A DNA stretch of 64,000 nt from Candidatus Zhuqueibacterota bacterium (GCA_016931935.1 JAFGDW010000237.1:35745-99744); one strand, 5' to 3'; shown: positions 38,011 through 48,332, numbered from the stretch's first letter. Notes: generated from the sequence alone by a model not told the origin. Numbers and translations are program-made.

Positions 38011-38976
38011 ATGAGCTGCCAACACTATAATCGTCGTCAATTTTTAAAGCAGGCAGTAGTAACAGGACTATCTGCGACTGTACTGCCATGGATTGATTGC
38101 ATTAAAACACAAACTAAAGAAATGCAGATGAAAGGAAGTGTTCCAACAATTACAGGGTTAGCAATAGCTCGAGGTGCTGATGATCCCACGTTGCTTGTAC
38201 GCGAAGCAATAAAGGCTGCCGGTGGAATTCAGAAATTCATCAGTAAGGGAGATATTGTCATAATCAAACCCAATATCGGCTGGAGCCGAACTCCGGAACA
38301 GGCCGCGAACACCAACCCGGAAATCGTTGAGACTGTTATTGAGCTGTGTATGGAAGCTGGCGCCAAAAAGGTGAAGGTGTTTGATTTGCCTTGCAATCCT
38401 ACGCCGCGCGCATATCGAATGAGCGGGATTGAAACAACGGCCAAAAAAGCCGGCGCGGATATTTATTTTATGGATGATCGTAAATTTCGTGACATTACTA
38501 TCCCTATGGGTGAAGCCGTAAAAAGCTGGCGTATGTACACAGAAATTTTTGAAGCGGATAAATTGATCAATATTCCAATCTTGAAACATCATAGCATGGC
38601 GCGCCTGACCATGGGGATGAAAAATAACATGGGATTGATTGGTGGCAACCGCGAAAGTATTCACACACAATTCGATCAGAAACTGGTGGATTTATGTACG
38701 GTTATTAAACCACATTTGACAATTATGGATGCCTATCGGGTGTTAACAGCCAATGGCCCGAATTCCGGTACACCGGATGATGTGGTTTTAGCTAAACACG
38801 TTATTGTCGGAACAGATCCAATAGCGGTCGATTCCTATGGTGTGCAATTGTTTGGAACAATAACGAATCAGCCACTCACCGCTCATGATATTGAATATAT
38901 CCGCCTGGGAAATCTGGCAGGTCTTGGAGAAATTGACCTTTCAAAAATTTCAGTAAATGAAATTGATTTATCATAA
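38011..38976 (+). CDS. Tat-exported DUF362-like protein
   Basis: GGAG lies 8 nt upstream of the ATG at 38011. The twin-arginine signal is MSCQHYNRRQFLKQAVVTGLSA. It is about 320 aa. Confidence 0.45.
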   Translation: MSCQHYNRRQFLKQAVVTGLSATVLPWIDCIKTQTKEMQMKGSVPTITGLAIARGADDPTLLVREAIKAAGGIQKFISKGDIVIIKPNIGWSRTPEQAANTNPEIVETVIELCMEAGAKKVKVFDLPCNPTPRAYRMSGIETTAKKAGADIYFMDDRKFRDITIPMGEAVKSWRMYTEIFEADKLINIPILKHHSMARLTMGMKNNMGLIGGNRESIHTQFDQKLVDLCTVIKPHLTIMDAYRVLTANGPNSGTPDDVVLAKHVIVGTDPIAVDSYGVQLFGTITNQPLTAHDIEYIRLGNLAGLGEIDLSKISVNEIDLS

Positions 38977-38995
38977 TAGTGATAGGTTATTGTAA

Positions 38996-39855
38996 ATGAT
39001 GCTGAAACTTAGACAATATGGACTCCTAATTTTGGCTTTGTTGGGAATTACTGTATCCGCAGCTTCCCAGGAATTGAACTATCCATGGATCAACTTCTCC
39101 AATAATCAGATTAATCGACATATAGCCGATATTTCCACTCCCGAAGGTTACAAACGTATTGAATTAGGAGAAAATTCGTTTGGAAACTGGTTGCAGCATC
39201 TTCCCTTATTGCATAATGGAAGTCCGATGCGATTGTTCAATGGACAATTAAAGCAAAATCAAAATGCCCATCATGCTATTGTTGATATTGATGTCGGTAC
39301 CACTGATCTACAGCAATGCGCCGATGCAGTTATCCGTTTATATGCAGAATATCTTTACTCCTGCAATTTGCAGGACAAGATTGCATTTCATTTTACGAAT
39401 GGCGATCTGGCATCCTATTCAAACTGGCTTTCAGGGTGCCGTCCGAAAGTAAATGGCAATCGAGTCGCATGGATTCATGGCGATTCGGTAAACGATTCAC
39501 ATAACGTTTTCCGGCAATATTTGAATATGATTTTCACGTACGCCGGAAGTTTTCGCTGGCGAGCGAACTGCAACCGATCTCAATTTCGGACGTCAAAATA
39601 GGAGACGTGTTTATTCAGGGCGGATTTCCCGGGCATGCCATAATTGTAGTCGATCAGGCTATAAATACACGAACTAACGAAATCGCCCTTTTGCTGGCGC
39701 AAAGTTATATGCCAGCTCAACAAATACATGTTCTTCGAAATAACCACAATTACGATTTGAGTCCCTGGTTTGTTGTCAAAGCAACTGATAAATTTTATAC
39801 TCCGGAGTGGACATTTGAGTGGTCCGACATCCGTAGATTTAGACAGCAGCCGTAA
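38996..39855 (+). CDS. DUF4846-like exported protein, frame interrupted (pieces 38996-39601 and 39607-39855)
   Basis: It has a signal peptide. Frame switching within GTTTTC (39549-39554) restores a continuous reading …IFTYAGS/FSLASELQPISISDVKIGDVFIQGGFPGHAIIVVD. Confidence 0.5.
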
Positions 39856-39958
39856 TAACAGGGTGGAAACCGATTTAATGAACTGTTAAGAAGATGGATT
39901 ATCTCATGCATTCATCCACACTGAAAAATAAACCAAAGAACCAATTCGCAGGAAGGGC

Positions 39959-41367
39959 ATGAAAAATACCCAGCAATTTATACAGAAACCACCCAGAGGT
40001 CTCGCAATTTTGGCGATTGTCGGACTATCTTTTATTTGGTGCGCCGAATATATCGGATCCGGTGAAGTCATTCTGGCAACACGCACCGGGGCAATTTTAG
40101 GAACGTCTGTTATTTGGGCGGTTGTATTCGGAATTTTCCTAAAATACTGGATCGGCATGAGCGGCGCTCGCTATACTGCCTGTACGGGCGAAGGTATGGT
40201 TGATATGTTCTCCCGTATGCCCGGACCCAAAAATTGGGCGGTTTGGTTAGTCTTGGTTGCTCAGCTAATTGCCGGGGCAATATCGATTAGATCGATTGCT
40301 TCAGCAGCAGGTGTGTTTATCAACAATATTGTTCCGATTTCATCGTATATTGCGGGATGGCTTATTACAATCTTTGCGGTGTTCGTAGTCTGGTCCGGTA
40401 CGTTTGAGTGGCTAAAGATCGTGATGAGTATTTTCGTTGTGATTAACATTATTGGTGTCGCGTATGTTGCCGCTCGTGTTTTCCCGGGAATTACGGCTTT
40501 TCTAAATGGCTTAATACCACGAACGATTGAGGTTCCCGCATGGGCACGGTTAGTTGGCGTTAGCAATAATCCCTGGCAGGAAATTTTGCCATTGCTTGGT
40601 TGGGGCGCAGGTGGTTTTGCCAGTCAAGTATGGTATACTTATTAGGTACAGGGAGCTGGATATGGCGCGGCAAACGGCAAAAAATATGGTGTGGCGGCTG
40701 ATGAAGTAACGCTAAAAAAGCTTTCAAAACTAGAAGCACTGCACATTAAAGGCTGGTTTCGTGTTGTTTATACGGATGCAACCATTGCCATGCTTATTGG
40801 TATTATTGTTACGGTCAGTTTTTTAATCGCTGGCGCCGATGTGCTTGGGCCTCAACACTTAGCGCCCAGGGAACCCGATGTCGCTATTACACTCTCAACA
40901 CTGTTTTCTTCACACTGGGGGAAATTCAGTGGGATATTATTTATGATTGGTGGCGCTGCAGCGCTGATATCAACACAAATCGGACAGCTTGCCGGCTGGC
41001 CGCGTTTATTGGCGGATTCATTTCGTATATGTTTGCCGGGTTTTAAAGAACGCTTTGTATGGAAAACTCAATTACTCAATTTCGCATGTTTTTAATATTC
41101 TTTTTATTTACGAATATGATCATTGTATTTACGCTTGGTTTGAAACCAGTTGTGCTAGTGAAAATTGGAGCGATTCTTGATGGATTGTTACTCACACCGT
41201 TTCAGGCTTTATGGGTTGGAATTGGCCTCTATTGGGTAATACCGAAATTATTTCAACCGGATATTGCCAAACTGTTTCGACCACACTGGATATTTGCTGT
41301 CGGTTTATTTATTGCTTTTATTGTGTTTGGATATTTTTGTCTTGTTCAGATTTCAAGTGTCTTATAG
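39959..41367 (+). pseudogene. NRAMP-related polytopic transporter, disrupted (in-frame TAG at 40646 and frameshift at T5 run 41089-41093)
   Basis: Three collinear ORF pieces are present. TM1 reads AEYIGSGEVILATRTGA where canonical NRAMP has DPGN. Confidence 0.45.
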
Positions 41368-41553
41368 CCATTTAAAAGCATTCTTTTGCTTATCGAAAAA
41401 AGAATTGGTATTCAGGATGACAATTCCATAACTTGCGGATAAATCTGGATAATATAAATGATTTCCAGCTAGTATTATATTTTGTGTTGCATTTAAACAG
41501 ATTATTTCGTACATTTGAGACAATATTTTTCAAAATTTAATCTGATTTCCATT

Positions 41554-43281
41554 ATGAAAACATACTCATACATTAATTTTTTCATTTTACTATTGTTATC
41601 TGCCAGTATCAATGTTTCTGCCCAGCCGGAGCAAACTGTTCCGAGCATACCTGGAACGGACGGTCCCGTTCTTGTTCAACCTGCCGCCAGAAGTTTACTC
41701 CATACAAAAACACCCGAGTTTAAATGGAAACCCCTTAATAAGAAAGATATCGAATATCGTCTGCGAATTGCCGAATGGAATGGTAAAATTGTTTTTGACG
41801 AATGGGTGGGTACAAATACGCATTTTGTTATGCCAAGGACAGATCTGTTCGATGACTTGAAAATTTATCTCTGGAGTGTGTTCGCATACCAGGGGCAGGA
41901 TGTCTGGCAAAGTGATACGTATTCATTTTGTGTAGATTTGGATGTAAGCGTTGATTTGGAAGTATTGCAAATACGGCAAATTGATCCAACAGTAAACTAT
42001 TCTGCAGGCCAATTGATCAATTTTGAAGCGGACGTCCTAAATTGCGGCCCTGTGCAATGCAGAGATATCCATGTGCTGTTAAGTAATGGAAATCCGAACA
42101 TCAATTATAAAATTACCCATCGTCAGAGCGTCGAACAGGATTCGGTAATTATTGAGAAACTTAATCCGAATGAAGTGGTGACAGTTCATCTTAAAGGACA
42201 ATTGCGAGATGGCTTAAATCACTTTTTTGCCCAAATTAAAACCAGAGGAAATTTCTCCGATATTTATTTAGCCAACAACGTGAAAAACGGACCGTTACTG
42301 CAAACTTACGATGATCGGATTCAATTAAAAGGACTATTTGTTTTTTATCCCGCTACTTCCTGGGTTGATGACCAAAGATTTATATTAAGCAAAGAGGCAA
42401 AAGATCAACTCTTTGATAATATTCAACAATTAGATTCGTTTTTATGGGAACATACGCACCTGTTGACACTAAAAATCGATACCGTTTATGCAAGCAGTAA
42501 TTTAGTACCTACTGATTTTACTCTGCTCGATGAGAAATCCGGTTATCTACTTTCACCGGCTCATTTGGACAGGATTAAACAATCGCAGAACGTTAATCCG
42601 GCAATGTACGATTTTATTTTCACATATTACCCATGGAATAATTCGCTAAAACACTGGGTTGGTTATCACGGCTATGTTTTTCAGGAAAGTAGAAATTCAT
42701 CGACGGACCGTCCCCTCGCAGCACAGCCTGTCGCTGGAAACATTACCTTAGGATTTCAGGTTACAGTGCATGAATTTATGCACATTATCGAGTCGCTCGT
42801 TCCTGATAACAGTGAATCCACATGGCCATCGCCGGATGAAATGGAAATGAATACCACGTTTGTAAACGAGTTGGATTATTATGCGTGGATGTTGGAATCA
42901 TGGCCAGCGAATCGCTGGTTCGATATGAAATCAGCAAACACGACAACTGTGTACGCTCAACCCAATCTTGTAGATAGTGACGTACCAGGCGAATTTATGC
43001 TTATGCAAAACTATCCGAACCCATTTAATTCATCGACGATTATTCAATATCGAATCCCTGATCGGTTAAATAGTGATCAACATCAAGTATCGCTTAAAAT
43101 TTACAGTTTACTCGGTGAATGTGTTAAAACGCTGGTATTTGAATCTCAGGCAGCGGGGGAATATGCGGTACGCTGGGATGGTACAAATGAAGAAAATTAT
43201 GCAGTGCCAACAGGAATGTACTTCTATCGGCTGAGTTTTTATAATCAAAATCAAGTACGAAAGCTTTTATTCCTGAAATAA
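41554..43281 (+). CDS. T9SS-secreted putative zinc metallopeptidase (HExxH) with CARDB-like domain and type-A C-terminal sorting domain
   Basis: I moved the start to the ATG (MKTYSYINFFILLLLSASINVSAQ), giving a signal peptide. It has HEFMHIIE. The last 85 aa read …LMQNYPNPFNSSTIIQYRIP…YFYRL…. Confidence 0.7.
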   Translation: MKTYSYINFFILLLLSASINVSAQPEQTVPSIPGTDGPVLVQPAARSLLHTKTPEFKWKPLNKKDIEYRLRIAEWNGKIVFDEWVGTNTHFVMPRTDLFDDLKIYLWSVFAYQGQDVWQSDTYSFCVDLDVSVDLEVLQIRQIDPTVNYSAGQLINFEADVLNCGPVQCRDIHVLLSNGNPNINYKITHRQSVEQDSVIIEKLNPNEVVTVHLKGQLRDGLNHFFAQIKTRGNFSDIYLANNVKNGPLLQTYDDRIQLKGLFVFYPATSWVDDQRFILSKEAKDQLFDNIQQLDSFLWEHTHLLTLKIDTVYASSNLVPTDFTLLDEKSGYLLSPAHLDRIKQSQNVNPAMYDFIFTYYPWNNSLKHWVGYHGYVFQESRNSSTDRPLAAQPVAGNITLGFQVTVHEFMHIIESLVPDNSESTWPSPDEMEMNTTFVNELDYYAWMLESWPANRWFDMKSANTTTVYAQPNLVDSDVPGEFMLMQNYPNPFNSSTIIQYRIPDRLNSDQHQVSLKIYSLLGECVKTLVFESQAAGEYAVRWDGTNEENYAVPTGMYFYRLSFYNQNQVRKLLFLK

Positions 43282-43299
43282 ATCGGAAAGAATATTGGA

Positions 43300-43656
43300 A
43301 TGGAACCGAAATTATATCAATACAATGCGTATGTAACAGAAGTTTATGATGGGGACACATGTACTGTGGACATTGATTTGGGCCTACATACATGGTTGAA
43401 AGATGAGAAAATTCGGCTTGCCCGAATTAATGCTCCCGAACTGCGCGGAGATGAACGTGACGCCGGCTTTGTATCACGGGATTTCTTGCGCAGCTTAATT
43501 TTGAAAAAATCTGTTATCCTCGAGACCATCAAAGATCAAAAAGGTAAGTATGGACGTTATCTCGGTGAGTTGTGGATAATTGATGACAATGGCAACTATT
43601 TCAACATTAACGATCACCTGGTCGATAATGGATATGCCGTTTATCAATCCTACTAG
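43300..43656 (+). CDS. Staphylococcal-nuclease-like (thermonuclease fold) protein, no signal peptide
   Basis: …VYDGDTCTVDIDLG…IRLARINAPE… matches the SNase catalytic region. Confidence 0.65.
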   Translation: MEPKLYQYNAYVTEVYDGDTCTVDIDLGLHTWLKDEKIRLARINAPELRGDERDAGFVSRDFLRSLILKKSVILETIKDQKGKYGRYLGELWIIDDNGNYFNINDHLVDNGYAVYQSY

Positions 43657-43673
43657 ATTTTCCGATGTATCTC

Positions 43674-44528
43674 TCAGTGATTCAAATCCTTTAAAAACTG
43701 ACGTAAATTATCAACAACAAGTGAGCTGTGGGTATTAGAATTCGTCTCCATATCCACATATTTGGCATTCGGCATTTGTGAGACTATCTTCTGCAAATTA
43801 TCCGGTTCATGGAGTGTGTCAGATTTTCCGCCAACTATCAGCGTTGGTGTTTGAATTGTTGGTAGCCGTTCCCATATTTCGTATTTGGATAGTTTTAACA
43901 TCGCCTTTTTAAGTTTCCAGGGATCAGCTGCATCCAATGCATTTGCGTATTTTTTATATTGTGCCACGTCTTTGTCAAGCTTCATCCGAAATGTGCGCAA
44001 ATACCATTTAACAATTTCTTTTACGACGATATAAAGGGCGGGATGGGTTAACCAGACCATTAATTTTCCCAGGAAGGGAACCCGAAAGACGGCATTTGGC
44101 CCAACGAGTAACTGGCAGCATGGGATGGCAGAAAGTAAGTGGTTGGCTTCCAAAATGGCGCTGGCCCCAAGAGAGCTGCCGAATAAAATATAATTCCCGG
44201 CTTCCAGGTGCAAGTGCTGCACCAGTACTGTCAAATCTTTCGCCAAATCTTCGACACCATATTCTACATTTCCTTTAACACGAGATGATTTTTTCTCCCG
44301 TGTTTCGAGATAATAGATAACGAAGTCCTTGCACATATCCGACAAAACATATTGCCAACTTTCAATTTGCGATATCCAGCCAGCGACAAATAAAACCGGT
44401 GGATTCGATGTAGGTATTTTGGGGCGAAATGTACGAAGCAAAAGTGTCACATTCGAATTAATTGGAACGAATTCGATTTGCTCAGTTGTATTCGGAAAAA
44501 TAAGATAAACTGGTTCGTCCTGCTTCAT
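43674..44528 (-). CDS. Alpha/beta-hydrolase fold protein
   Basis: It has the GxSxG nucleophile elbow (FGSSLGASA) and a downstream His. Confidence 0.7.
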   Translation of the reverse strand: MKQDEPVYLIFPNTTEQIEFVPINSNVTLLLRTFRPKIPTSNPPVLFVAGWISQIESWQYVLSDMCKDFVIYYLETREKKSSRVKGNVEYGVEDLAKDLTVLVQHLHLEAGNYILFGSSLGASAILEANHLLSAIPCCQLLVGPNAVFRVPFLGKLMVWLTHPALYIVVKEIVKWYLRTFRMKLDKDVAQYKKYANALDAADPWKLKKAMLKLSKYEIWERLPTIQTPTLIVGGKSDTLHEPDNLQKIVSQMPNAKYVDMETNSNTHSSLVVDNLRQFLKDLNH

Positions 44529-44535
44529 GCTGTTC

Positions 44536-46128
44536 CTATTCGTTTTGCGTTCCGGTGTTCTTGTTCATCCGTTTATACCAGGTTTTATTCTGGCGATAAA
44601 TATTTTTAAATTCCTGAAATAATCGATCATATAAAGCACGATGTTCAGGATTTGGATGATATGTTTGTTTTATTTGAATGTAGGTTTTAATGTCATCAAA
44701 GGTCGGAATAAAACCCAATGCGACACTGGCAAGCAATGCCATCCCTTTTGCTCCTGCTAATTGTGGATGTTCAATTTGATGAATTGTGCGATCCATGACA
44801 TCTGCCATAATTTGGCACCAAATAGCACTCTTTGCACCGCCGCCAATTATACTTAGTTCCTTAACATTCTGATATAGATTTTCGAGCGTATTCATTGCCC
44901 AGCGTGTATTAAAAGCAATACCTTCAAAAACTGCTCGAAGTAAATGTGCCTGCGTATGCCTTAAGCTTAGGTTATGAAATCCGGACCGAACATAATCGTC
45001 ATCCAATGGACAGCGTTCACCGAATAGCCAGGGAGTAAAAACCATTCCGTCAGCGCCTGCTGGTACTTTAGCTACCATCTCATCAAATACTTTAAACATA
45101 TAGTCTGCATCATCATCAGCGTCGGAGGTAGTATCTGAATTAATAAGCAATTTCCGAATCCATTCGAGACATGCGCCCGCAGTTTCCTGATGCGCCATTC
45201 CCATATATAGCTGTTCAGGGTGAGCGCTGCCGATACAGCCAGTATAGTGAGGAATATCAATTTTACGTTTGCTAAAATGGCCGGCGACCCATCCGCTTGT
45301 TCCGATACTGATATGTAATTCCCCTTCGTGAATAGCTCCGGAGCCGATACCTGCTGAACTTAAATCACCAGCGCCGTTAATAACGGACGTACCCGGAGCG
45401 AGCCCGATCTCTGAAGCGGCAGATGGATTGATTTTTCCGGCAATTGCATTGCTTAGATCGATTTTTGCAAGTTTTTCAGGGGTAACTCCCGCCAGCTTGC
45501 AAAGCCCGGGATGCCATTGGTTTCGGTTATTACGAGTGTCGCACAGCCACCATACGACAGCAATATCAACAGACGTGGTGAAATTGCCGGTTAGCCGATG
45601 AATGAGATAATCTTTGATGTCGAGAAATTTATGCGTCTGTTCGAAAACATCAGGAAGGTTTTCCTTGATCCACAGAAGTTTACCAATAATGTCTTTGCCA
45701 GCCTGCCCGGGGCTGCCACCTGTAAATCGTAGAAATTTAAGGAGGTTGAAAATATTATAGCCGAGAATACGTGGTGGTTTCCAGAGAGTCTTGTGAATGA
45801 TTTCGGAACCTCGAGAGTCGAGCCATGTAATACCGCGCATCAAAGGTTGCCCCTTGTGATCAACAGCGACAAGTCCTTGCATTTGAGCTGAAAATGTTAG
45901 TCCGACAACATCTTCTGGATTTACGCCCGTTCGTTTGATTACATCGCGTGTTGTCGTGCAGATGGCACACCACCAGTCTTCAGGATCCTGTTCTGCAAAT
46001 CCGGGATTAGGATGATAAATAGGGTAGGATTGTTTAGAAACACCAATAACGTTACCAAAAACACTCACGAGAACAGCTTTGTTGCTGCTTGTACCTAAGT
46101 CATGGGCAACAATGTACTTATCAGTCAT
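44536..46128 (-). CDS. FGGY-family carbohydrate kinase (xylulokinase/rhamnulokinase-like)
   Basis: The N-terminus is …IVAHDLGTSSNKAVL…FAEQDPEDWW… and it is 530 aa. Confidence 0.85.
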   Translation of the reverse strand: MTDKYIVAHDLGTSSNKAVLVSVFGNVIGVSKQSYPIYHPNPGFAEQDPEDWWCAICTTTRDVIKRTGVNPEDVVGLTFSAQMQGLVAVDHKGQPLMRGITWLDSRGSEIIHKTLWKPPRILGYNIFNLLKFLRFTGGSPGQAGKDIIGKLLWIKENLPDVFEQTHKFLDIKDYLIHRLTGNFTTSVDIAVVWWLCDTRNNRNQWHPGLCKLAGVTPEKLAKIDLSNAIAGKINPSAASEIGLAPGTSVINGAGDLSSAGIGSGAIHEGELHISIGTSGWVAGHFSKRKIDIPHYTGCIGSAHPEQLYMGMAHQETAGACLEWIRKLLINSDTTSDADDDADYMFKVFDEMVAKVPAGADGMVFTPWLFGERCPLDDDYVRSGFHNLSLRHTQAHLLRAVFEGIAFNTRWAMNTLENLYQNVKELSIIGGGAKSAIWCQIMADVMDRTIHQIEHPQLAGAKGMALLASVALGFIPTFDDIKTYIQIKQTYHPNPEHRALYDRLFQEFKNIYRQNKTWYKRMNKNTGTQNE

Positions 46129-46372
46129 GAGTACCCCAAATTGTTAAGGATGTGTAATGTAATAGACAATTTAAAAAAAATTAACAAATGTGCAAGTTGA
46201 TTTTTAAAAATTTATAAAATTGATAAAAAAATTGTCCTGATCGGATAATTTCTACTTTGATTCTATTTCCAAATAGTATATATTTACATAAAGTTCCACT
46301 ATATTTTTCGGAAAAAAATGTTGCATAAAAAAAAAATAATGCTTATCTTGTATTCCCATAATTTAAACTAGT

Positions 46373-47038
46373 ATGCGCTTAGGTATTATAATTCCGGCGT
46401 TTAATGCCGGTTCTCGATTGCACTCAGTATTAACCGGTGTAAAAAAATACACGAAAAATATTGTTGTTATCAATGATGGATCTACTGATAATACCCAAAA
46501 AATAGCACTTAATGACAAAGTGCCTGTTCTTTCTCACTTACAAAATCTTGGTAAGGGTGGCGCGTTAAAAAGTGGTTTTGCTTACGCATTAAATGCCAAG
46601 TGGGAACTCGTAATTACACTGGATGCTGATGGTCAACACGATCCATCGTTTATCCCATACTTTATAGATGCTTATCGGATAACAAATGATGCGATTATTA
46701 TTGGCTCGCGAATGACATCACTTGAATCGATGCCTTTTCACAGGATTTTAAGCAATAAAATAACATCCGGATTAGTCGGTCTGCTATCAGGAATACGTGT
46801 TCTGGACAGCCAATCGGGGTATCGATTGATTCACTCGGATGTTTTGAAAACAATTAAATTGCATACTTCACGCTATGAAACCGAAACCGAAATTTTAATA
46901 AAGAGTGGTTTAAAAGGTTTTCGCTGTAGTGCAATCAATATCAGTACGATATATAACGGTGAGCCAAGCTCAATGCACCTTGTAAAAGATACATTGAGAT
47001 TTATCAAGCTTTACTTTAAATGCTTATATGAGTACTAA
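46373..47038 (+). CDS. GT2-family glycosyltransferase (polyprenol-phosphate sugar transferase-like)
   Basis: It has IIIPAFNAGSRL…INDGSTDNT…DADGQHDP. Confidence 0.8.
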   Translation: MRLGIIIPAFNAGSRLHSVLTGVKKYTKNIVVINDGSTDNTQKIALNDKVPVLSHLQNLGKGGALKSGFAYALNAKWELVITLDADGQHDPSFIPYFIDAYRITNDAIIIGSRMTSLESMPFHRILSNKITSGLVGLLSGIRVLDSQSGYRLIHSDVLKTIKLHTSRYETETEILIKSGLKGFRCSAINISTIYNGEPSSMHLVKDTLRFIKLYFKCLYEY

Positions 47039-47040
47039 TC

Positions 47041-47691
47041 ATGATCGATTTCCAGGAAGCACGTATCCGTATGGTGCGTGAACAGTTGGTTGCTCGTGGA
47101 ATTAGAGATCAGAGTGTTCTCATGGCTATGCAGAAAGTTGAGCGCCATCGTTTTGTATCGTGTGAGAATCAGTCACGTGCATATGATGATATGCCGTTAC
47201 CAATACCGTCATACCAGACAATTTCGCAGCCTTACATTGTTGCACTTATGACGGAGCTTCTTAAACTAAAACCAGATGATTGTGTTCTGGAAATTGGTAC
47301 TGGTTCCGGTTATCAAACAGCTATCCTGGCAGAGTTAAGTCGGCTGGTCTATTCAATTGAACGTAATCCCGTGTTGGCAGCATTAGCTCAAGATTTATTG
47401 ATTGATCAGTTGGAATATTCGAATATTCAAATACAGGTTGGTGACGGTACAATCGGATGGATTGAAAAATCACCCTTTCAAGCGATAATTATTACCGCCG
47501 GCGCACCTGCAATTCCTGAAAATTTAGTTGATTCACTGGCGAATTATGGTAATATGGTAGTACCAGTCGGTAGCCATGACTATCAGGAACTTATGGTAGT
47601 ATCAAAACGCGGCGATTCTTATATATCAAAAAAGATATGCAATTGTGTTTTTGTTCCACTCATCGGTAAAGAAGGATGGCCTGAAGAATGA
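47041..47691 (+). CDS. pcm: Protein-L-isoaspartate O-methyltransferase
   Basis: It has VLEIGTGSGYQTAILAEL and flanking PIMT motifs. Confidence 0.9.
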   Translation: MIDFQEARIRMVREQLVARGIRDQSVLMAMQKVERHRFVSCENQSRAYDDMPLPIPSYQTISQPYIVALMTELLKLKPDDCVLEIGTGSGYQTAILAELSRLVYSIERNPVLAALAQDLLIDQLEYSNIQIQVGDGTIGWIEKSPFQAIIITAGAPAIPENLVDSLANYGNMVVPVGSHDYQELMVVSKRGDSYISKKICNCVFVPLIGKEGWPEE

Positions 47692-48323
47692 ATAACAACA
47701 ATAGCGCTGCAGCAATCGACACAAAAATTGTAAAGAAAAATATTATTCGTAGCACCTATGATTGGGTGCTTCACTGGGCAGAAACTCCATATGGAACGAT
47801 TGCCCTGGTTATACTTGCGTTTGCTGAATCGTCGTTCTTTCCAGTTCCACCGGATGTTCTTTTAATTGCCTTGGCAATTTCAATTCCCAAACGATCGTTT
47901 TTCTTTGCGCTTATGGCATCAATTGCATCGGTAACCGGAGGTATGCTTGGGTACTATATTGGTGTTGGTCTTATGGATGTCATCGGCTGGAAAATAATTA
48001 ATTTTTATCATGCCGAGCAGCTTTTTCGACAGCTTTTTGAAACGTTTAACAAATACAATTTCTGGGCAGTACTTACTGCAGCAGTAACACCAATACCATA
48101 TAAAGTTTTTACAATCTCCGCAGGTGCTGCAAAAGCAAATTTTTTAACATTTATGGCAGCTTCGATTATTGGCCGTAGTTTGCGGTTCTTTGCAGTGAGT
48201 GGCTTAATTTTCTTTTTCGGAGAAAAAATTAAGGGATTTATTGAAAAGTATTTTAATCTTCTTTCTATTGTTTTTATTATCCTCCTTATTGGCGGATTTA
48301 TTCTGATAAAATATGTGTTCTAA
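47688..48323 (+). CDS. DedA/YqaA-family membrane protein
   Basis: Its start overlaps the previous stop. It has …ESSFFPVPPDVLLIALA… and 4-5 TM helices. Confidence 0.6.
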   Translation: MNNNNSAAAIDTKIVKKNIIRSTYDWVLHWAETPYGTIALVILAFAESSFFPVPPDVLLIALAISIPKRSFFFALMASIASVTGGMLGYYIGVGLMDVIGWKIINFYHAEQLFRQLFETFNKYNFWAVLTAAVTPIPYKVFTISAGAAKANFLTFMAASIIGRSLRFFAVSGLIFFFGEKIKGFIEKYFNLLSIVFIILLIGGFILIKYVF

Positions 48324-48332
48324 AAATTATGT

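Noticed and set aside
40646-40648. In-frame TAG in the NRAMP-like gene as programmed recoding (pyrrolysine or readthrough), prompted by the presence of MtaA-like genes
   Set aside because: There are no pyl genes. MtaA-family proteins do not use Pyl. TAG terminates several intact genes in the window (3801, 7430, 27800). Gene decay is more parsimonious.
46129-46372. AT-rich 244-bp divergent spacer between the FGGY kinase and GT2 genes as a distinct regulatory element
   Set aside because: It is probably just a bidirectional promoter region. I could support no specific operator or riboswitch-like structure from sequence alone.
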